Origin: Candidatus Fermentithermobacillaceae bacterium
GTDB lineage: Bacteria; Bacillota; Sulfobacillia; Fermentithermobacillales; DUSS01
Direction: 5' to 3'
DNA: 64,000 bases
Assembly (NCBI GenBank): GCA_012842495.1
Contig: DUSS01000045.1
Coordinates: 70,634-134,633 of the forward strand
The notes beneath the pieces were generated by a model that saw nothing but the letters and a program-made list of their open reading frames with translations, was not told where the DNA came from and did not search any database. Position numbers and translations under genes: made by a program. The first letter of the stretch is position 1. Each line of letters opens with the position of its first letter. This document shows positions 36,069 to 44,476 of this stretch, piece after piece.

Positions 36069-36275
36069 GTGCCGATATTCGAGTACAGGTGCCTTGATTG
36101 TGGGCAGACCCACGAGTTTTTGAAAAGAGCTGGTGAGGAAGCTAAGTGTCCATATTGTGGATCTACGCGTCTTACTAAACTGATGTCCAGGTTTAATTCT
36201 AACGTATCTGGTTCGAAGGCGAGCTCAACCTGTTCGACGTGTTCGAGCGGGCTGTGCTCGACTTGCGGAAAGTAA
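36069..36275 (+). CDS. FmdB-family zinc-ribbon protein
   Basis: VPIFEYRCLDCG...CPYCGS, then a Ser/Cys tail ending CSTCG. GTG 36069 follows GGAGGTGAAGAAG. Confidence 0.8.
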   Translation: MPIFEYRCLDCGQTHEFLKRAGEEAKCPYCGSTRLTKLMSRFNSNVSGSKASSTCSTCSSGLCSTCGK

Positions 36276-36314
36276 ATAAACCTAACAAAACCTCTGCAGA
36301 CCACGAATCGTAGA

Positions 36315-36357
36315 ACAGGCCGAGCCCTGATATGCCGGGGCTCGGCCTGTCTTCTTC
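36315..36357 (+). terminator. Intrinsic terminator after the zinc-ribbon gene
   Basis: ACAGGCCGAGCCC...GGGCTCGGCCTGT stem followed by CTTCTTC. Confidence 0.65.
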
Positions 36358-36483
36358 GCGCTACGGGTCTGACTGCCTATGCAGGAGCTTATGTTCCCCG
36401 TGAAGAAGGATTAACCATGTTTGAAGCGGCGTCGTTCCTTCTGGTTCGAAGGCCGCATGGTTTGAGAAGAGGAGGTCTATGAA

Positions 36484-36807
36484 TTGACCGGTCTCAGAAT
36501 CGAGGAACATCCCGTCCTGGATTTCCCCAGGCGGAAGAAGGTGAAATTCTTTTTTGAGGGTAGGGAGATGGAAGGTTACGAAGGGGAACCAATCGCGGCG
36601 GCTCTGCATGCCGCCGGCGTAAAGGTCCTTCATCATAGCCTCAAACTGGGACGACCCAGAGGATTTTTCTGTGCCATCGGTAACTGCTCTTCGTGCCTGA
36701 TGATAGTGGACGGGGTCCCCAACGTGAGAGCTTGCACCGAGAGACTTCGGGAGGGGATGCGCGTAGAAAGACAAGCCGGACGCGGACCCTCCCTTGCGGA
36801 CCGGTGA
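36484..36807 (+). CDS. [2Fe-2S]-binding small subunit (HcnA / sarcosine-oxidase-alpha N-terminal-like)
   Basis: FFFEGREMEGYEGEPIAAALHAAGV...RGFFCAIGNCSSCLMIVDGVPNVRACT. TTG start after GAGGAGG. Confidence 0.8.
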   Translation: MTGLRIEEHPVLDFPRRKKVKFFFEGREMEGYEGEPIAAALHAAGVKVLHHSLKLGRPRGFFCAIGNCSSCLMIVDGVPNVRACTERLREGMRVERQAGRGPSLADR

Positions 36808-36821
36808 AGGAGGCTTGATTC

Positions 36822-37919
36822 ATGGAGTACGAGTTAATCGTGGTGGGTGGCGGGCCTGCAGGGTTGTCGGGCGCGCTCAAGGCGGCTCAAAACGGGGTGC
36901 GGGTTGCCGTCATCGACAGGCAGGAAGAGCTCGGCGGTCAGCTGGTGAAGCAGACCCACAAGTTTTTCGGTTGGAGTCGGAGAAATGCGGGTGTACGGGG
37001 TATCGAAATAGGCAGGAGGCTACGGGATGCTGTTCTGGCTGAGCCACGCATTACGGTTTTCACAGGTACTGAGGCGCTAGGTTACTATCCTGACAACTCG
37101 CTCCTGATAGAGAGCCCTTCTGGAGTAAGCCGCATTACGGGCAAGACGTTTCTATTTGCCACGGGTGCCCAAGAGAGAATGCTTTTGTTTCCCGGAAACG
37201 ACCTCCCGGGTGTGTACGGCGCCGGAGCCGTGCAAACTCTCATGAACGTATACGGGGTAAGACCCGGACGGTCGGTCCTAATGGTGGGGTCAGGCAACAT
37301 AGGACTCATCGTCTCCTATCAATTGAGGCAGGCAGGAGTGATGGTGAGGGCAATCGTAGAGGCATTACCTCAAATCGGTGGTTATGCAGTTCACGCTTCG
37401 AAAGTGCGAAGGCTCGGTATCCCCATCCTTACCAGGCACAGCATCAAGGAAGCCCACGGAAGAGAGTATGTAGAAGGCGCCACCATCTGGGAGCTGGATG
37501 ATAAGTTCCGCGGAATCCCCGGGACCGAAAAGGACATAGATGTTGACGTGATTTGCCTTGCGACGGGTCTTACACCGCTCGGTGATCTCCTGTGGCAAGC
37601 GGGGGTTTCTATGACGTACGTCCCGGAACTGGGAGGCTTCGTCCCGATATACGACGGAAACATGGAGACGGAAAGATCCGGGATTTTCGTAGCGGGAGAT
37701 GCAGCGGGAATTGAAGAAGCTTCCACAGCGATGCTTTGCGGAGAAATAGCTGGTCTTGCGGTTGCCGCAAAGCTGGGCAAGATCCCCCGCCACCGCTTCG
37801 AGGAGGAGCGGAACGTTCTGGCCCAAGAACTCTCGGCGTTGCGAAGCGGACCTTTGTCGAGCAAAGTGCGAACCGGTTACGAGCGCATAAAAGCGCTGGT
37901 TCAAGGGAGGCGGGGATGA
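36822..37919 (+). CDS. FAD/NAD(P)-binding oxidoreductase subunit (HcnB/OoxA/archaeal PDH-alpha-like)
   Basis: ELIVVGGGPAGLSGAL, second dinucleotide fold LMVGSGNIGL, GIFVAGDAAG. Confidence 0.82.
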   Translation: MEYELIVVGGGPAGLSGALKAAQNGVRVAVIDRQEELGGQLVKQTHKFFGWSRRNAGVRGIEIGRRLRDAVLAEPRITVFTGTEALGYYPDNSLLIESPSGVSRITGKTFLFATGAQERMLLFPGNDLPGVYGAGAVQTLMNVYGVRPGRSVLMVGSGNIGLIVSYQLRQAGVMVRAIVEALPQIGGYAVHASKVRRLGIPILTRHSIKEAHGREYVEGATIWELDDKFRGIPGTEKDIDVDVICLATGLTPLGDLLWQAGVSMTYVPELGGFVPIYDGNMETERSGIFVAGDAAGIEEASTAMLCGEIAGLAVAAKLGKIPRHRFEEERNVLAQELSALRSGPLSSKVRTGYERIKALVQGRRG

Positions 37920-38464
37920 TGAAGAGCCTTTACGGTGACTTGCCGGAGAAAGACTCCCTTTTGAGCTCGGGAATACCATCCGTGCAGGATCTCGACGGAG
38001 TTCTTCCACCGGCGGAAGCAAGGAAAAAGGGCCCTGTAGCTGTTCTCGAATGCTTTCAGAAAATACCCTGCGACCCATGCGGGCAAGCCTGTAAATTCGG
38101 TGCTATTAAGGAGTTTTCAGACGTCAACGATCTTCCGGTCATCGACTGGATGAGGTGCACCGGCTGTGGTCAGTGCGTCGCAGCTTGTCCGGGCCTGGCC
38201 ATCTTCGTAGTGGACGAGACATATTCACCCGAGGAATGCCTCATCGCCATGCCGCATGAATTCGTGCCTCTACCCGAGCGGGACCAGGTTGTTCTCCTCT
38301 ACGACCGCGCAGGGCGGCACGTCGGTGAGGGAGCTGTCCATCGCGTGGTCCGGGGCAAAGACAAGCTCGCCACGCCCGTCGTCTGGGTTCGAGCCCCCAA
38401 AGCTCTGGCATACGTTGCCCGAGCTCTCGGCTTACCCGAAAGCCAAGGGAGGTCTGGAAATTGA
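37916..38464 (+). CDS. 4Fe-4S ferredoxin-domain subunit
   Basis: CDPCGQAC and [16 protein letters not shown] overlap with the upstream stop. Track start 37736 lies inside the upstream gene. Confidence 0.72.
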   Translation: MMKSLYGDLPEKDSLLSSGIPSVQDLDGVLPPAEARKKGPVAVLECFQKIPCDPCGQACKFGAIKEFSDVNDLPVIDWMRCTGCGQCVAACPGLAIFVVDETYSPEECLIAMPHEFVPLPERDQVVLLYDRAGRHVGEGAVHRVVRGKDKLATPVVWVRAPKALAYVARALGLPESQGRSGN

Positions 38465-38814
38465 AGCGCTCCGTAGAGGAAAAAAACTGGCTCGAGCAGC
38501 AGAACGTGATCGTATGCAGGTGCGAGGACGTAACCCTTGATGAAGTCAGAAGAGCTATAGCTCAAGGGGCCACGACGTTGGATGAGCTTAAGAGGCTCCT
38601 CAGGGTGGGAATGGGGCCCTGCCAGGGCAGGACCTGCAGGGAGCTTTTGGCGAGGGAGCTTGCGGAGCATCTCGGGAAACCTGTGGGCGAAATAATGCCT
38701 CCGACGTTCCGTCCTCCGGCGAAGCCGGTGAAACTCGGGCTCGTGTCCCGGCTGGCGGAAGACGTACCCCGCGCCGGCGGGGATTCATCTCTTGAGGGAG
38801 GTGAATCCCGATGA
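38461..38814 (+). CDS. BFD-like [2Fe-2S]-binding subunit
   Basis: [16 protein letters not shown]...[10 protein letters not shown]. 4-nt overlaps on both sides. Confidence 0.78.
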   Translation: MKRSVEEKNWLEQQNVIVCRCEDVTLDEVRRAIAQGATTLDELKRLLRVGMGPCQGRTCRELLARELAEHLGKPVGEIMPPTFRPPAKPVKLGLVSRLAEDVPRAGGDSSLEGGESR

Positions 38815-39959
38815 GGTCTACGGCCGATGCCGTGATAATAGGCGGAGGGGTTATCGGATCGTCCATCGCTTATCACCTTGCCAAAGAAGGCATGAGAAAC
38901 GTAGTGCTGCTCGAGCGCTACTCGTTTTGCACGGGCTCAACCGGTCGTTGCGGCGCCGGAGTTCGGGAACAGTGGGGGAGCGAGCGAAACTGCCGGCTGG
39001 CTCAAGCGAGCATAAATGCTTTTGAGCATCTCGCGGAGGAACTGGGTTACGAGGGAGACATCGAGTTCAAGCAGAAGGGATATCTCATCCTGGCTCATAC
39101 TGAAAAGGAGTGGGAGCAGTTCAAGAAGAACGTCGCTCTTCAAAATTCCCTGGGCATCGCCTCGAAATTACTGACTCCCCAGGAAGCCAAAGAAATCGTC
39201 CCAATTCTTAATACCGACGGTATGCTCGGGGCCACCTATAACAAAAGGGACGGGCACTGCAACCCGTTTCACACCACGTGGGCATATGCTCAGGCCGCCC
39301 GGCGCCTCGGAGTTGAGCTTCAGTACTTCACCGAAGCTACGGGGATCCGTCTAGAAGGCGGCAGGGTGGCGGCGGTGAATACGACGCGGGGAACTATATC
39401 CACTCCCGTGGTCATAAACGCGGCCGGACCGTGGGCAAAGCCCGTGGCGCAGATGGTGGGGGTAGATCTCCCCGTCTACACCCAGAGACACCAGATCCTC
39501 GCGACGGAACCTACCGGTCCGATCATTGACCCTATGGTAATGTCCTTTTCCATCGGCATCTACTGCCAGCAAACGCCCCACGGAAGCGTCGTCATGGGAA
39601 TGGGAGACCCCAACGAACCAAAAGGGTACGACATCGGGTCGAGCTGGGAATTTCTCAGGGAAATGTCCCGGATTATACTGCGTCTCTTGCCAGCCCTGGA
39701 AAGCTTGAAAGTGGTCCGGCAGTGGTCGGGGTTGTACACGGTCACGCCCGACGCTCACCCGATTCTCGGGGGGGTTCCGGGTATCGACGGTTATTACCAG
39801 GCTGTAGGGTTCAGCGGCCACGGGTTCATGCTCGCGCCTGCCGTCGGCCGCATTATAAGCGAGCTCGTCGTGGGCAAGACGCCTTTTATAGACATAACCG
39901 GCCTTGATCTCGGAAGGTTCGAGCGAGGGGAACTTCAAGTGGAGCCCTCGGTAGTCTAG
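38811..39959 (+). CDS. FAD-dependent oxidoreductase, DAO family (sarcosine oxidase beta/HcnC/PDH-beta-like)
   Basis: [22 protein letters not shown]...GHCNP...[14 protein letters not shown]. Confidence 0.85.
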   Translation: MRSTADAVIIGGGVIGSSIAYHLAKEGMRNVVLLERYSFCTGSTGRCGAGVREQWGSERNCRLAQASINAFEHLAEELGYEGDIEFKQKGYLILAHTEKEWEQFKKNVALQNSLGIASKLLTPQEAKEIVPILNTDGMLGATYNKRDGHCNPFHTTWAYAQAARRLGVELQYFTEATGIRLEGGRVAAVNTTRGTISTPVVINAAGPWAKPVAQMVGVDLPVYTQRHQILATEPTGPIIDPMVMSFSIGIYCQQTPHGSVVMGMGDPNEPKGYDIGSSWEFLREMSRIILRLLPALESLKVVRQWSGLYTVTPDAHPILGGVPGIDGYYQAVGFSGHGFMLAPAVGRIISELVVGKTPFIDITGLDLGRFERGELQVEPSVV

Positions 39960-40003
39960 ATAGCGGTAAGGCTGGTCTTCCTTATCTCATGTAAACTTGC
40001 GGT

Positions 40004-40040
40004 GTCCGGGCGGAATTGCGGTTCTCCGCCCGGACATTTT
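40004..40040 (+). terminator. Intrinsic terminator after the flavoenzyme operon
   Basis: GTCCGGGCGGA...TCCGCCCGGAC stem followed by ATTTT. Confidence 0.7.
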
Positions 40041-40052
40041 CGTTCTCCTGGA

Positions 40053-41597
40053 TTACTGAACTGGGGCGGGTGCAAGCTTTACGCCCTTCACCGATTTGAA
40101 AAGCTCCGTCCATCCGTCCTGCCCCATCAAGCCCAGACGCCACAAAGCTACTCCCGCCAGGCGGTATTTCCGGGCGAGAGATAACTTCGAGTCGATGGTA
40201 GATGGGCGATCGACGAAAGCGTAAACATTCAAACTCTCTTCGTTCCAGCTGAGCACCCATGCGCCGAGCTCTGGATCCCACTTGGGAGGATTTCCGGCTC
40301 GTTGTTCCAGAGACGGCCAGTCCTTTAACGCTGGACGGGCTTTCAGGGTCACCGTGCCGGATTGGTCTTGACAATAAAGCGTACCGTATAGAGGAACACC
40401 CAGGAGAATCTTCTCCGGTGGCACTTGGGCCGTTTCAAGAGAAACCGCTTCCTCTACCTGCTTTCTGGGAGACGTCGGGCCCATCCTCCCCGGTTCCTCG
40501 TACCCGTAGGCCATCAGCACCACCTTGTCGGCGATTTCGCCGATGGCTTTGTGGTCATATCCCCGGTAATGACCGTTCAAAGGAGGCACCGCCACGATCA
40601 GGCCTTTTTCGGCAGGAAGGAGATTCCGCAGATACTTTAAGAACTCGGTTAGGTTACCCGCATCTTCACCGGTTTTTTCCGGAGACGAACCGAGCCCTTC
40701 GAAATCAATGGCTACTCCATCGAATCCCCGCGCAGCTCTCTCCACTTCCAAGGCCAAGCTGGTTCGTAAGACCTCGTCGGCGAGGAGATTAGAGAGCGCC
40801 TCGCCGCCGTTGTTGGCGTAAAACATGGCGTAAGGCGAGACGTTTCTGATCCTGGAGTGGATGAGAACGGCAGGCCAGCCCGAAGGGCGGTTAAAGCCGG
40901 ACGGATTCCCCTCAGCCCAGACGGTGCCGTCGGGTCTGACCGAAAACCACCCGAGGATGACACCGGAAAACTCATCCGCAGGAGGGGAGAGCGCAATCGC
41001 CGGGTACGTATCACCAAAGAAATCCGTCCAGCTTGAGTAGTCCTGGGATCCCAATGCGTAGAAGCCCCATATCTCCATGGGAGAGGGCGGGAGGACAACG
41101 TTAACGACAGCCGACGCTTCATCCAGCTGTACTTCGCAACGGAAAACCTCCTCCAGTACGGAGGAGGGGACGAGGAGAGCTCCATCCCGGACCGATATCG
41201 CCCTGGTGAGAGGAAACTCTTGACCCGCAAACCGGAAATAGAGCTTTCCGTAGGGAAGCTCGAGAGCCTGTCCCATCCAGACACCGACCGCAGATTGAGT
41301 CGATTGATCCCACGTCAAGGTGAGGCCCAAAAACTCCGATACGGCACGGATCGGGATCATTATGACTCCGTCCTCGACGGAGGGAGCGACCGGAAGATCA
41401 AGTTTAAGGTGGTTTACGCACAAGGCGAGAACAGGAGAAAGTTTTCCCGCTTGGCCGGCGGGGGTTTCAGGAGCAGTGGAGCTTACGGCAGTCCCGCTTT
41501 CAGGCCCCGAAGCCACGCACGGCCGAGCCGGGAACGAAGCTGTAAAGAGTAAAAGCGCCGTCACCACCGGCAATATCTTGTTTCTCAAAGCGCTCAT
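40053..41597 (-). CDS. Secreted copper-amine-oxidase-N-like domain + GH18 (YaaH/YdhD-like peptidoglycan hydrolase)
   Basis: Signal peptide. VEDGVIMIPIRAVSEFLGLTLTWD stalk domain. GH18 catalytic block FDGVAIDFEGL. ATG 41597 follows GGGGG by 8 nt. Confidence 0.82.
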   Translation of the reverse strand: MSALRNKILPVVTALLLFTASFPARPCVASGPESGTAVSSTAPETPAGQAGKLSPVLALCVNHLKLDLPVAPSVEDGVIMIPIRAVSEFLGLTLTWDQSTQSAVGVWMGQALELPYGKLYFRFAGQEFPLTRAISVRDGALLVPSSVLEEVFRCEVQLDEASAVVNVVLPPSPMEIWGFYALGSQDYSSWTDFFGDTYPAIALSPPADEFSGVILGWFSVRPDGTVWAEGNPSGFNRPSGWPAVLIHSRIRNVSPYAMFYANNGGEALSNLLADEVLRTSLALEVERAARGFDGVAIDFEGLGSSPEKTGEDAGNLTEFLKYLRNLLPAEKGLIVAVPPLNGHYRGYDHKAIGEIADKVVLMAYGYEEPGRMGPTSPRKQVEEAVSLETAQVPPEKILLGVPLYGTLYCQDQSGTVTLKARPALKDWPSLEQRAGNPPKWDPELGAWVLSWNEESLNVYAFVDRPSTIDSKLSLARKYRLAGVALWRLGLMGQDGWTELFKSVKGVKLAPAPVQ

Positions 41598-41765
41598 TCG
41601 CAAAGCCCCCATTCATCGAGCCTGGTTCAAAAAATTTGACGGCTTCTACCCGTAGTCAAGATGGTCTCCCGACCAGGTGCTCGCCTTCTTTCGGATATTT
41701 GATTTACCTCAGAGGCTCGAATTTCCTCTACGTTTTGCTTGTGCAAGTGCCTTGGGTGGCTGGTG

Positions 41766-41881
41766 CCTCCGACCCCGATAAGGTGAAAGCCGGACAGGAT
41801 AGAAGGAAGAACGCGGTGGGTGTAAGAATGAGTGACAGGGTATCCGCCACTCTAGAACAGACCGTACAACCGGGTCGGAGG
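41766..41881 (+). promoter_or_regulatory. folD leader: 10-nt anti-SD segment pairing with the ribosome-binding site
   Basis: CCTCCGACCC (41766-41775) is the exact reverse complement of GGGTCGGAGG (41872-41881), which covers half of the GGAGGAGG SD 12 nt before ATG 41893. Confidence 0.4.
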
Positions 41882-41892
41882 AGGTCATCCAG

Positions 41893-42750
41893 ATGTCTGC
41901 GGTCGTGATCGATGGGAAAAAGATCGCCGCCGGGATAAGAGACGAGGTTATCCGGGAAGTCCAGGCTCTTAAGGAAAAGGGCATATCACCGAAGATGGCT
42001 GTGGTACTGGTGGGGGACGATCCCGCGTCCGTGGTTTACGCTCGAGCGAAGGAAAAGGCATGCCAGAAAGTGGGTATCGGCTACGAACTGGTCCGCTTTC
42101 CCGCTTCAGCTAGCGAAAAAGAGGTAATCGGGAAGCTTCGGGAGCTTTCCGCCGATCCAACGGTCCACGGCATCATGGTTGAACTCCCGGTTCCTCAGCA
42201 CATATCCAGGGAAAAGGTGACGCTGGAAGTAGCGCCCCTGAAAGATGTAGATTGCGTGAACCCCCAAAACCGGGGATTCCTTTTCTCGAGGAAAGAGGGC
42301 TTATTCCCGGCCACGCCCATGAGCTGCGTGGAGATCCTGAGGCGTTCGGGGATAAATCTCGAGGGCAAGCACGTGGTACTGGTAGGACGAGGCGACACCG
42401 TAGGTAAACCCCTTATTTTCCTCCTGCTTCAGGAAAATGCAACCGTGACGATTTGCCATACCAGGACGCGGGACCTCGGGTATCATACGAGACAAGCGGA
42501 CGTATTGGTGGCAGCGGCGGGGAAGGCTGGGCTCATCTCCGGGGATATGATTAAGCCCGGAGCGTGCGTGGTGGATGCGGGAATCAATGAAGTGGAGGGC
42601 GGTGGCATTACCGGGGACGTCAAGTTCGAAGAAGCTTTGAACGTTGCCGGTTACATAACACCTGTTCCGGGCGGTGTGGGTGCCTTAACGACGGTGCTTA
42701 TCCAGAAGAACCTCATTAAAGCTTTGCGGATGCAAAGAGGGGAGGCGTGA
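41893..42750 (+). CDS. folD: Bifunctional methylene-THF dehydrogenase / methenyl-THF cyclohydrolase
   Basis: VLVGDDPASVVYARAKEKAC...VVLVGRGDTVGKPL...TPVPGGVGALT. Confidence 0.93.
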   Translation: MSAVVIDGKKIAAGIRDEVIREVQALKEKGISPKMAVVLVGDDPASVVYARAKEKACQKVGIGYELVRFPASASEKEVIGKLRELSADPTVHGIMVELPVPQHISREKVTLEVAPLKDVDCVNPQNRGFLFSRKEGLFPATPMSCVEILRRSGINLEGKHVVLVGRGDTVGKPLIFLLLQENATVTICHTRTRDLGYHTRQADVLVAAAGKAGLISGDMIKPGACVVDAGINEVEGGGITGDVKFEEALNVAGYITPVPGGVGALTTVLIQKNLIKALRMQRGEA

Positions 42751-42753
42751 GCG

Positions 42754-43389
42754 ATGGGCGATCTTTTCTCCCAGCCCTTGCGGGAGGTCCTGAGAGTTGC
42801 CGCGTCCAGCGAGCCTGTTCCGGGCGGAGGTAGCGTAAGCGCCATCGCCGGGTGCTTCGGAGCTGCCATGGCCTCGATGGTCGCCAACCTGACGATCGGA
42901 AAAAAGAGATACCGGGATGTGGAAGGACAGGCCGTAGCCATACGAGACCGGGCGTTGTCCCTCATGAACAGGCTAGAGGCCCTGGTAGATGAAGATATGA
43001 CAAGTTTTCAACGTTTTATGGAGGTTTATAAGATGCCCCGGGAGACTCCTGAACAGGAACACACCAGAACGCTTCTGATGGAGGAAGCTCTCAAGGCATC
43101 CACCGAGACTCCTCTGCGGATAGCCCGGGTGTGCCTGGAGGGGCTGGAGATTACCGCCGAGATAGCTTCCATCGGAAGCAAGATGGCCATAAGCGATGCC
43201 GGCGTAGCAGCAAACCTTCTCGAGGCAGCTGTTCAGTCAGCTCTGCTCAATGTCGATATAAACCTCCCATCCATTAAGGATGAGGAGTTCAAGAGAGCCT
43301 CCCTGGAGGAGAGGCTCTCTCTATCCCGGAGAGCGCAGGAGGTCAGGGACCGCTGCCTTTCTCTTGTCCGTGAGAGGATGACTTCCTGA
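42754..43389 (+). CDS. fchA: Cyclodeaminase/cyclohydrolase family protein (FchA/FtcD C-terminal domain-like)
   Basis: EPVPGGGSVSAIAGCFGAAMASMVANLTIGKKRY. All-helical remainder. Confidence 0.85.
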   Translation: MGDLFSQPLREVLRVAASSEPVPGGGSVSAIAGCFGAAMASMVANLTIGKKRYRDVEGQAVAIRDRALSLMNRLEALVDEDMTSFQRFMEVYKMPRETPEQEHTRTLLMEEALKASTETPLRIARVCLEGLEITAEIASIGSKMAISDAGVAANLLEAAVQSALLNVDINLPSIKDEEFKRASLEERLSLSRRAQEVRDRCLSLVRERMTS

Positions 43390-43804
43390 AAAGGCGGCGG
43401 AGCGTGGCCTTCGGCGGTCCCGACCGGCCCTCGTCCTTCTCGTCAGTGGGCGCTTGAGCTTCGTCCTCCTGCCCCTGCTTTTCTCCAGTCAGAGTGCGCA
43501 TCCGCATCGGGGACCTGGGCCGGCCCGTATATACGTCGTAACTGTGGGAGTGGCCATGGGCATACGACGTCAGGCCCTGGATGCGGTGGACGTGGCCCAG
43601 GGGCGCGCGAGTCTGCATTTCCGACGTGCCGGTAATTCTATGACTGTGGTCTTGGGTGACGGACGTCTCGGTGGCGTAGTCGTGAACGTGGTTTTCGTTG
43701 GTGAATACCGGCGCCCCGGTGACGTCAGCGAACGTATGGTAATGCCCCATCTCCGTGGACGTCCTACCGCGATAGTTGTGAATGTGTTCTCTTCGGTAAT
43801 CCAT
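43343..43804 (-). CDS. YmaF-family protein
   Basis: Repeated His motifs HIHNYRGRTS...GHYHTF...HVHDY...HSHRITG...GHVHRI...HGHSHSYD. The low-complexity tail overlaps the fchA 3' end by 47 nt. Confidence 0.75.
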   Translation of the reverse strand: MDYRREHIHNYRGRTSTEMGHYHTFADVTGAPVFTNENHVHDYATETSVTQDHSHRITGTSEMQTRAPLGHVHRIQGLTSYAHGHSHSYDVYTGRPRSPMRMRTLTGEKQGQEDEAQAPTDEKDEGRSGPPKATLRRLFRKSSSHGQEKGSGP

Positions 43805-43850
43805 CTCCGGATTCCCCCAAAACTGTCGCGTCTACAGGAATATATGAGGG

Positions 43851-44321
43851 TCACTTTGTTGACGTGATTGTGTACTCGCCGCCGAGGTCCGCCCAGTCGA
43901 GGTTCAGATCGACGTTTTTTACCGCGACGGTGACGCCCCTGGGGTCGATGCTTATTCCAGAGATTTCAAGACTCCTCACCCAGCCGCGGGAAAGCTGAAC
44001 CAGGTCGATTTCTACGGTATCGCGACCGCTTCCCGCCGCACCGGGGATCCCGCGTAGCAGTTCGCCGATAGTATGGCTGACCGGCGTAATCGGGGTCAAA
44101 GGCCGCATCTGGAAGCGGACCTTACATCCGGAATGACTGAGGAGTTCGAGGCGGATTCGGGCCGGCATCGCCAGACTGCGGCTCACTTTGACGTAGAGAT
44201 CGATGGTTTGGCGGCCCAGCAGAACATCATATATGGTGACTCCCGCCGGCATTCTGGCGGAAAGAAACGCCTGGCGGACTTCGGGAGCTTCTATAGACAG
44301 GGCGAGCGACTCTAGTTTCAA
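43851..44321 (-). CDS. Hypothetical protein (156 aa)
   Basis: TTG 44321 follows GAGGGGG by 6 nt. The N-terminal 43 aa of the track ORF look non-coding. No motif recognised. Confidence 0.5.
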   Translation of the reverse strand: MKLESLALSIEAPEVRQAFLSARMPAGVTIYDVLLGRQTIDLYVKVSRSLAMPARIRLELLSHSGCKVRFQMRPLTPITPVSHTIGELLRGIPGAAGSGRDTVEIDLVQLSRGWVRSLEISGISIDPRGVTVAVKNVDLNLDWADLGGEYTITSTK

Positions 44322-44476
44322 CTGTGACCCCCTCGTATCGCGTTTTACCCATGCTATGCACCAAGCGGGGAAGAGGTTAACCGGAAAATGGCGCGGCGGT
44401 GCACGCCAGATGGTTTCCCGGCAGGCCCTTGCTTGAACTGGTCTGGGCACGCCGCCGCATCATCCGGCTCGGCCTG

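Noticed and set aside
36417-36482. 21-codon upstream ORF (MFEAASFLLVRRPHGLRRGGL) ending 1 nt before the [2Fe-2S] gene start
   Set aside because: Weak SD (GAAGGA) and no way to test conservation. It could be chance, so it is not listed as a feature.
41613-41892. Calling the folD leader a ZTP (pfl) or THF riboswitch
   Set aside because: Only fragments resemble the conserved cores (GGCTGGTG versus ACUGGCG; TCCGCCAC versus CCGCCUGGG). I report the anti-SD helix as an observation but do not assign a class without a covariance-model search.
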